From Nemertoderma westbladi (taxonomy: Eukaryota; Animalia; Xenacoelomorpha), in the NCBI GenBank assembly GCA_032718475.1, contig JAUCBJ010008534.1, forward strand, positions 1-60,162: DNA of 60,162 nt. The letters are read 5' to 3'. Under the pieces are notes generated by a model. It saw only the letters and a list, made by a program, of their open reading frames with translations. It had not been told where the DNA came from and searched no databases. Positions 50,707 to 60,162 of this stretch are shown here, one piece after another (within the stretch, counting starts at the first letter, position 1; each line of letters opens with the position of its first letter). The translations under genes were made by a program, and so were the position numbers.

Positions 50707-52164
50707 AAAGAGTTAATAATAATGTGAATTACAGACTAATAATTAAACGATAATGAAAAACACAATAATAACACACATATCACAGTATCAGACAGTCTGC
50801 TTATGTACTGTAGGTAGGCTACCGGTTTTACTCTAGTTATAGACAAAAATAAAATCACGTTCTGACGTTATAAATAATTATATATAATGATAAATTTTGA
50901 AGATTTTTCTTGGACAAGAGCAGTTCGTGAGGGGGGGGGGGGGGGGGGGGGTGGAATAACTAAAGTAGAAGTAGTTCAATGGACGTGGTGTGGTCATTAA
51001 GGGACCCTGCTAACCAGACACGCTACACGCTATTATACCAAACGTTTGTTTATATGCTTGAATCATGTTGACATGTTTTTTTTCTAAACTTGTTTTAATC
51101 AACATGTTATTTTAACATCTAAATAACATAATATCCAATCATGTTATAATCAAACATTTGTTGATCACGTTTTAATGATACCTAAATGTAACATGTTTTA
51201 TCATGTAATTATTTAACATTTGTTTTACACGTTATTGTGTAACATAAATCATACATGTTTATTCCAGCTGTTTGTTAAATGCTACTTTGTCGTGTTGAAC
51301 AAACGTCCTGCACATCATTGCCAATAATTGTCTTAAGGCTGTTTGAATAAACCGCCTAAAATTTACCGCCAAATTCGTTTATAGGCCTATAAATCATGCA
51401 GCAGTGCATGCAGTACTGCAGTACATCAGTCAGTCAGTAGACACTCCACTGCCTGCCCCAGCCTACCAGCACCCACTCAGCCACATTCTGAGAGCTTGAC
51501 AGTAGTGCTGCAGTCAGGCAGTGTGTAGGCCAGCTGTTTACTGGTCTAAGTTACTAGTTTACTGTTTACTGCAATAGGGTTGACCATACTGCCATACTGC
51601 CATATGTTTGTTTACTGCCGTATGCCTATATTAACTGTTTAAGTTATTTTTAATTAAGCTTCATACTGTCTGACTGTCATATAAACTGATAAATCTTTTT
51701 TATTATACATTATATGTTATATAGGCCTACATAACATATATAATACATAATATATGTCATATACATTATATATTATTTATGTACATTATATAGGCCTGGC
51801 AGCCTAGCCTAATTGTATTGTAATACAATAATACAATAATGTATTGTATAATAATTGTAATACAGTAATATGTCTGTATGTAATGCAGTCAGGCAGTGCA
51901 GTGCCAGTAATTCGATGACGACGACAGTTTAGATTGGGCTCTGTCTTCCTGGCGCTGGTTGGTCGAAACAACAGGCAAGCGGCAAGGGCAGAAGGGCTGC
52001 ACTGGCAGACTGGAAAAATATTATGGCCTCCTCGAAATGCCGGCCTACTACCGGTACGTTGGAAAGAACTTTCGAATCCAGATCTTCTGTCAACTGTCAA
52101 GTCAGCAAGTTGGCCCACATTTAATGCGAAGGTTCTTCACTTAACAGGTTTGTATTGAACTTGA

Positions 52165-53110
52165 ATAGGCTTCTTACACATCGTTATAGACCAGAAACAA
52201 TCAACCTGCGCTATTTACATTGATCTGAAAAAGGCCTTTGATACAATCAACCACAAAATCCTACTAAATAAACTAGAATGCTATGGCGTACGCGGGCTCC
52301 CTCTAAAACTAATTGCTAGCTTTCTATCATCCCGACTACAGTACGTATCCTTAGACTCTCGCTGCTCCTCTCTACTCCCTCTCCTCTGTGGGCTACCACA
52401 AGGAGGAGCACTCTCTCCTTTACTTTTCCTCCTTTATATTAATGATCTACCTAATGCCACTACCCTTCTATCCACTTTATTCGCTGATGATACGACACTC
52501 TTCCAATCCGGCAACAATATAACTCATCTAATTAATAATATTAATTCTGAATTAAATAACGTTGCTGATTGGCTGATTGAAAATCGGCTATCACTAAATC
52601 TAAAAAAAACTGAAACCACTCAGCCACTGTATTTTCCAACATATTAAAAAAATTCCCAGGATATTAACAGATTAAAAATTAATAACCAAAATATAACACT
52701 TACAAATAGTACTAAATTCTTAGGAATCTACGTAGACAATTAATTAAACTGGCAAATACACATAAAATATATACTATCTAAAATTTCCAAAACTGCCGGT
52801 ATATTTTATAAATTACGTCATATATTCCCATTACACATCAATAGGCAACTATATTTCACTCTATTTCATCCCTATCTCAATTACGGCATTATACTATGGG
52901 GTAGTGCGCATTCTACTACACTAAATCCCTTACGGACAAAAATTAATAAAATAGTTAGGTGTATTACCTTCAACCGCTATAGATCTACAACTCAACCTAT
53001 CTATAAATCCCTATCTATTCTCCCTTTAGACTTGCTATATATACTCCAAGTAGGCATCTTTATGTTCAAGATTAATAATAATATAATAACAAATCAAACA
53101 CTACAGAACT
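52165..53110 (+). mobile_element. Decayed L2/Crack-group LINE RT
   Basis: IDLKKAFDTINHKILLNKLECYGVRG...GLPQGGALSPLLFLLYINDLP...LFADDTTL...KFLGIYVD. Confidence 0.88.
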
Positions 53111-53476
53111 TATTTAGGAAATCCTATGCTATATGTATATATATTATTATCATTTTAGGTGGAATATATGAGCGACAATGAATCCAATCATGTTTCCAAT
53201 ACGATACTCACACTGATTACCCAGACAACTAACAATACGTTGATCATTGATACTCAGAGGTGAGTTGTGATACCGCCTCTCCCTCTATCTACAACCTAAC
53301 CCTATCCTAAGACAACACTAAACTCTAGACTTACCTAACCAAACCCTTTCACTAAGCTACCACTATATATCCCATGGCGATATTTTCTTGAAATATTTTT
53401 CCAGTCTCGATGTATTATATATCGAGACGCTTTTTTATACTTTTGGAAGCAGAGACAGAAGTTGGACGAGACAGAA

Positions 53477-54836
53477 GTCACAGCCACTCAAAGCTATGTT
53501 ACAACCACTCAATGCTATGTCACAGCCACTCAACGCTATCGCACAGGCGCTCAATGCCATGTCACAGCCGCTCAATGCTATGTCACAGCCGCTCAATGCT
53601 ATGTCATACCCACTCAACGCTATGCCACAGCCACTCAACGCTATGTCACAGCCACTCAAAGCTATGTCACAGACACTCAACGCTATGTCACAGCCACTCA
53701 ACGTATTGTCACAGCCACCCAACGCTATGTCACAGCCACTCAACGCTTTGTCACAACAACCACTCAACCGCTATGCCACACTGCCACAGCCACCCAACGC
53801 TATGTCACATCACAACCACCCAACGCTATGTCACAGCCGCTCAATGCTATGTCACATCCGCTCAATGCTTTGTCACAGCCACTCAAAGCTATGTCACAGC
53901 CACTCAACGCTATGTCACAGTTACTCAACGCTATGTCACAGCCACTCAACGCTTTGTCACAACAACCACTCAACCGCTATGCCACACTGCCACAGCCACC
54001 CAACGCTATGTCACATCACAACCACCCAACGCTATGTCGCAGCCGCTCAATGCTATGTCACATCCGCTCAATGCTTTGTCACAGCCACTCAAAGCTATGT
54101 CACAGCCAATCAACGCTAGCCACCCAACGCTATGTCACAGCCAATCAACGCTATGTCACAGCCACTCAATGCTATGCCACAGCCACCCAACGCTATGTCA
54201 CATTCACCCAATGCTATGTCACAACCGCCCAATGCTATGTCACAGCCGCTCAACGCTATGCCACAGTCACCCAACGCTATGTCACATCACAACCACCCAA
54301 CGCTATGTCACAGCCGCTCAATGCGTCACAGCCGTTCAATGCTTTGTCACAGCCACTCAAAGCTATGTCACAGCCACTCAACGCTATGTCACAGTTACTC
54401 AACGCTATGTCACAGCCGCTCAACGCTATGTCACAGCCAATCAACGCTAGCCACCCAACGCTATGTCACAGCCAATCAACGCTATGTCACAGCCACTCAA
54501 TGCTATGCCACAGCCACCCAACGCTATGTCACAGTCACCCAACGCTGGCCACCCATCGCTGGCCACCCAACGCTGGCCACCCAACGCTATGTCACAGCCG
54601 CTCAACGCTATGTCACAGCCGCTCAACGCTATGTCACAGCCAATCAACGCTAGCCACCCAACGCTATGTCACAGCCAATCAACGCTAGCCACCCAACGCT
54701 ATGTCACAGCCAATCAACGCTATGTCACAGCCACTCAATGCTATGCCACAGCCACCCAAAGCTATGTCACAGTCACCCAACGCTGGCCACCCATCTCTGG
54801 CCACGCAACGCTATTTCACAGCTACAGCCACTCAAC
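53477..54836. repeat. 21-bp minisatellite GTCACAGCCACTCAACGCTAT with higher-order blocks
   Basis: Direct reading. Preceded by CCTAACC motifs (53294-53340) like those of Helitron/Helentron-associated repeats (inference). Confidence 0.92.
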
Positions 54837-55083
54837 AATTCCCCATTTATTTTTATTTAGGTTTACATCTAGTAGATACCGGTAATGAATGACACGAATA
54901 GCCAACGAAGATATTAATGAAATAACATTTCTTTAACAGATATTTATTGTAGATGATGAAGTCTTAGTCTAATATAGTCCTAGTCCGAGCCTTATATTTT
55001 TTTAAATTAATAATAAATAAATAATAATAAATTAATTAATTTTCCAGATCCAAGAAACGGGAAAGTTATTCCACTTTGCTAGC

Positions 55084-58000
55084 GACGGATATCCTTGGTG
55101 GAACGGACTCCGGATTCAGTGATATCGACGGATCCTTGGCGGAACGGACTCCGGATTCAGTGATATCGACGGATCCTTGGTGGAACGGACTCCGGATTCA
55201 GTGATATCGACGGATCCTTGGTGGAACGGACTCCGGATTCAGTGATATCGACGGATCCTTGGCGGAACGGACTCCGTATTCAGTGATATCGACGGATCCT
55301 TGGTGGAACGGACTCCGGATTCAGTGATATCGACGGATCCTTGGTGGAACGGACTCCGGATTCAGTGATATCGACGGATCCTTGGCGGAACGGACTCCGG
55401 ATTCAGTGATATCGACGGATCCTTGGTGGAACGGACTCCGGATTCAGTGATATCGACGGATCCTTGGTGGAACGGACTCCGGATTCAGTGATATCGACGG
55501 ATCCTTGGCGGAACGGACTCCGGATTCAGTGATATCGACGGATCCTTGGCGGAACGGACTCCGGATTCAGTGATATCGACGGATCCTTGGTGGAACGGAC
55601 TGTGGATTCAGTGATATCGACGGATCCTTGGCGGAACGGACTCCGGATTCAGTGATATCGACGGATCCTTGGCGGAACGGACTCCGGATTCAGTGATATC
55701 GACGGATCCTTGGTGGAACGGACTGTGGATTCAGTGATATCGACGGATCCTTGGCGGAACGGACTCCGGATTCAGTGATATCGACGGATCCTTGGTGGAA
55801 CGGACTCCGGATTCAGTGATATCGACGGATCCTTGGCGGAACGGACTCCGGATTCAGTGATATCGACGGATCCTTGGTGGAACGGACTCCGGATTCAGTG
55901 ATATCGACGGATCCTTGGCGGAACGGACTCCGGATTCAGTGATATCGACGGATCCTTGGCGGAACGGACTCGGGATTCAGTGATATCGACGGATCATTGG
56001 TGGAACGGACTCCGGATTCAGTGATATCGACGGATCCTTGGCGGAACGGACTCCGGATTCAGTGATATCGACGGATCCTTGGTGGAACGGACTCCGGATT
56101 CAGTGATATCGACGGATCCTTGCCGGAACGGACTCTGGATTCAGTGATATCGACGGATCCTTGCCGGAACGGACTCTGGATTCAGTGATATCGACGGATC
56201 ATTGGTGGAACGGACTCCGGATTCAGTGATATCGACGGATTCTTGGCGGAACGGACTCCGGATTCAGTGATATCGACGGATCATTGGTGGAACGGACTCC
56301 GGATTCAGTGATATCGACGGATCCTTGCCGGAACGGACTCTGGATTCAGTGATATCGACGGATCCTTGCCGGAACGGACTCTGGATTCAGTGATATCGAC
56401 GGATCATTGGTGGAACGGACTCCGGATTCAGTGATATCGACGGATCCTTGGCGGAACGGACTCCGGATTCAGTGATATCGACGGATCCTTGGCGGAACGG
56501 ACTCCGGATTCAGTGATATCGACGGATCCTTGGCGGAACGGACTCCGGATTCAGTGATATCGACGGATCCTTGGCGGAACGGACTCTGGATTCAGTGATA
56601 TCGACGGATCCTTGCCGGAACGGACTCTGGATTCAGTGATATCGACGGATCATTGGTGGAACGGACTCCGGATTCAGTGATATCGACGGATCCTTGACGG
56701 AACGGACTCCGGATTCAGTGATATCGACGGATACTTGGCGGAACGGACTCCGGATACAGTGATATAGACGGATCCTTGGCGGAACGGACTCTGGATTCAG
56801 TGATATCGACGGATCCTTGCCGGAACGGACTCTGGATTCAGTGATATCGACGGATCATTGGTGGAACGGACTCCGGATTCAGTGATATCGACGGATCATT
56901 GGTGGAACGGACTCCGGATTCAGTGATATCGACGGATCCTTGACGGAACGGACTCTGGATTCAGTGATATCGACGGATCATTGGTGGAACGGACTCCGGA
57001 TTCAGTGATATCGACGGATCCTTGGCGGAACGGACTCCGGATTCAGTGATATCGACGGATCATTGGTGGAACGGACTCCGGATTCAGTGATATCGACGGA
57101 TCCTTGGCGGAACGGACTCCGGATTCAGTGATATCGACGGATACTTGGCGGAACGGACTCCGGATTCAGTGATATCGACGGATCATTGGTGGAACGGACT
57201 CCGGATTCAGTGATATCGACGGATACATGGTGGAACGGACTCCGGATTCAGTGATATCGACGGATCCTTGGCGGAACGGACTCCGGATTCAGTGATATCG
57301 ACGGATCCTTGGTGGAACGGACTCCGGATTCAGTGATATCGACGGATCCTTGACGGAACGGACTCCGGATTCAGTGATATCGACGGATACTTGGCGGAAC
57401 GGACTCCGGATACAGTGATATAGACGGATCCTTGGCGGAACGGACTCTGGATTCAGTGATATCGACGGATCCTTGCCGGAACGGACTCTGGATTCAGTGA
57501 TATCGACGGATCATTGGTGGAACGGACTCCGGATTCAGTGATATCGACGGATCATTGGTGGAACGGACTCCGGATTCAGTGATATCGACGGATCCTTGAC
57601 GGAACGGACTCTGGATTCAGTGATATCGACGGATCATTGGTGGAACGGACTCCGGATTCAGTGATATCGACGGATCCTTGGCGGAACGGACTCCGGATTC
57701 AGTGATATCGACGGATCCTTGGCGGAACGGACTCCGGATTCAGTGATATCGACGGATCCTTGGCGGAACGGACTCCGGATTCAGTGATATCGACGGATCA
57801 TTGGTGGAACGGACTCCGGATTCAGTGATATCGACGGATCCTTGGCGGAACGGACTCCGGATTCAGTGATATCGACGGATCCTTGGCGGAACGGACTCCG
57901 GATTCAGTGATATCGACGGATCATTGGTGGAACGGACTCCGGATTCAGTGATATCGACGGATCCTTGACGGAACGGACTCCGGATTCAGTGATATCGACG

Positions 58001-60162
58001 GATCATTGGTGGAACGGACTCCGGATTCAGTGATATCGACGGATCCTTGACGGAACGGACTCCGGATTCAGTGATATCGACGGATCCTTGGCGGAACGGA
58101 CTCCGGATTCAGTGATATCGACGGATCCTTGCCGGAACGGACTCCGGATTCAGTGATATCGACGGATCCTTGGCGGAACGGACTGTGGATTCAGTGATAT
58201 CGACGGATCCTTGGCGGAACGGACTCTGGATTCAGTGATATCGACGGATCCTTGCCGGAACGGACTCCGGATTCAGTGATATCGACGGATCCTTGGCGGA
58301 ACGGACTCCGGATTCAGTAATATCGACGGATCATTGGTGGAACTGACTCCGGATTCAGTGATATCGACGGATCCTTGGCGGAACGGACTCCGGATTCAGT
58401 GATATCGACGGATACTTGGCGGAACGGACTCCGGATTCAGTGATATCGACGGATCCTTGGCGGAACGGACTCTGGATTCAGTGATATCGACGGATCCTTG
58501 GCGGAACGGACTGTGGATTCAGTGATATCGACGGATCCTTGGTGGAACGGACTCCGGATTCAGTGATATCGACGGATCCTTGGTGGAACGGACTCCGGAT
58601 ACAGTGATATAGACGGATCCTTGGCGGAACGGACTCTGGATTCAGTGATATCGACGGATCCTTGCCGGAACGGACTCTGGATTCAGTGATATCGACGGAT
58701 CCTTGGCGGAACGGACTCCGGATTCAGTGATATCGACGGATCATTGGTGGAACGGACTCCGGATACAGTGATATAGACGGATCCTTGGCGGAACGGACTC
58801 TGGATTCAGTGATATCGACGGATCCTTGCCGGAACGGACTCCGGATTCAGTGATATCGACGGATCCTTGGTGGAACGGACTCCGGATACAGTGATATAGA
58901 CGGATCCTTGGCGGAACGGACTCTGGATTCAGTGATATCGACGGATCCTTGCCGGAACGGACTCTGGATTCAGTGATATCGACGGATCCTTGGCGGAACG
59001 GACTCCGGATTCAGTGATATCGACGGATCATTGGTGGAACGGACTCCGGATACAGTGATATAGACGGATCCTTGGCGGAACGGACTCTGGATTCAGTGAT
59101 ATCGACGGATCCTTGCCTGAACGGACTCTGGATTCAGTGATATCGACGGATCCTTGGCGGAACGGACTCCGGATTCAGTGATATCGACGGATCATTGGTG
59201 GAACGGACTCCGGATTCAGTGATATCGACGGATCCTTGGCGGAACGGACTCCGGATTCAGTGATATCGACGGATCCTTGGTGGAACGGACTCCGGATTCA
59301 GTGATATCGACGGATCCTTGGTGGAACGGACTCCGGATTCAGTGATATCGACGGATCATTGGTGGAACGGACTCCGGATTCAGTGATATCGACGGATCCT
59401 TGACGGAACGGACTCCGGATTCAGTGATATCGACGGATCCTTGGCGGAACGGACTCCGGATTCAGTGATATCGACGGATCCTTGGCGGAACGGACTCCGG
59501 ATTCAGTGATATCGACGGATCATTGGTGGAACGGACTCCGGATTCAGTGATATCGACGGATCCTTGGCGGAACGGACTCCGGATTCAGTGATATCGACGG
59601 ATCCTTGGTGGAACGGACTCCGGATTCAGTGATATCGACGGATCCTTGGTGGAACGGACTCCGGATTCAGTGATATCGACGGATCATTGGTGGAACGGAC
59701 TCCGGATTCAGTGATATCGACGGATCCTTGACGGAACGGACTCCGGATTCAGTGATATCGACGGATCCTTGGCGGAACGGACTCCGGATTCAGTGATATC
59801 GACGGATCCTTGGCGGAACGGACTCCGGATTCAGTGATATCGACGGATCCTTGGTGGAACGGACTCCGGATTCAGTAATATCGACGGATCCTTGGTGGAA
59901 CGGACTCCGGATACAGTGATATAGACGGATCCTTGGCGGAACGGACTCTGGATTCAGTGATATCGACGGATCCTTGCCGGAACGGACTCTGGATTCAGTG
60001 ATATCGACGGATCCTTGGCGGAACGGACTCCGGATTCAGTGATATCGACGGATCATTGGTGGAACGGACTCCGGATTCAGTGATATCGACGGATCCTTGG
60101 CGGAACGGACTCTGGATTCAGTGATATCGACGGATCATTGGTGGAACGGACTCCGGATTCAG
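55084..60162. repeat. 41-bp GC/CpG-rich satellite GACGGATCCTTGG(C/T)GGAACGGACTCCGGATTCAGTGATATC, ~124 copies, runs off the window
   Basis: Period of 41 (e.g. CGGACT at 55104 and 55145); head-to-tail with no spacers. Confidence 0.98.

Noticed and set aside
53388-54892. Long repetitive ORFs (243-408 aa; antifreeze- or mucin-like look)
   Set aside because: 21-bp minisatellite open in several frames with frequent frame-switching indels and no unique domain.
55084-60162. CRISPR array or coding repeat
   Set aside because: Monomers are head-to-tail with no unique spacers and no cas genes; the 41-bp period brings stops into every frame.

Overview
AT-rich, intron-containing eukaryotic (almost certainly invertebrate animal) genomic DNA; no prokaryotic genes, rRNA or CRISPR. 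The backbone is a tandem cluster of three paralogous minus-strand C2H2 zinc-finger genes. Copy A has only exon 1 in the window (1531..10), copy B is complete (26368..24949 + 20103..19190, 9 fingers) and copy C has a damaged 5' end (4 fingers). A and B share an unrecognised helical N-terminal domain and a PxVxL motif, and all three keep a SUMO consensus. The cluster is packed with nested transposons: piggyBac, Harbinger, Transib, a Mutator-like MITE, a 4.8-kb foldback palindrome, CRE/RTE/CR1/L2 LINEs, a BEL/Pao fragment and a SINE. It ends in 21-bp and 41-bp tandem arrays. The most striking observation is two highly divergent IS3EU-type DNA transposons (21482-24841 and 41877-44235), each carrying a HECT E3 ubiquitin-ligase C-lobe convergent with the DDE transposase; both catalytic HECT segments are missing from the ORF track. 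Also notable are a 5.7-kb unit bounded by ~480-bp inverted repeats with an orphan 574-aa ORF, RSS-like 11/22 Transib ends, a Penelope-type hammerhead motif and strong enrichment of TACCGGTA. All calls are by-eye motif recognition; no database searches were run.
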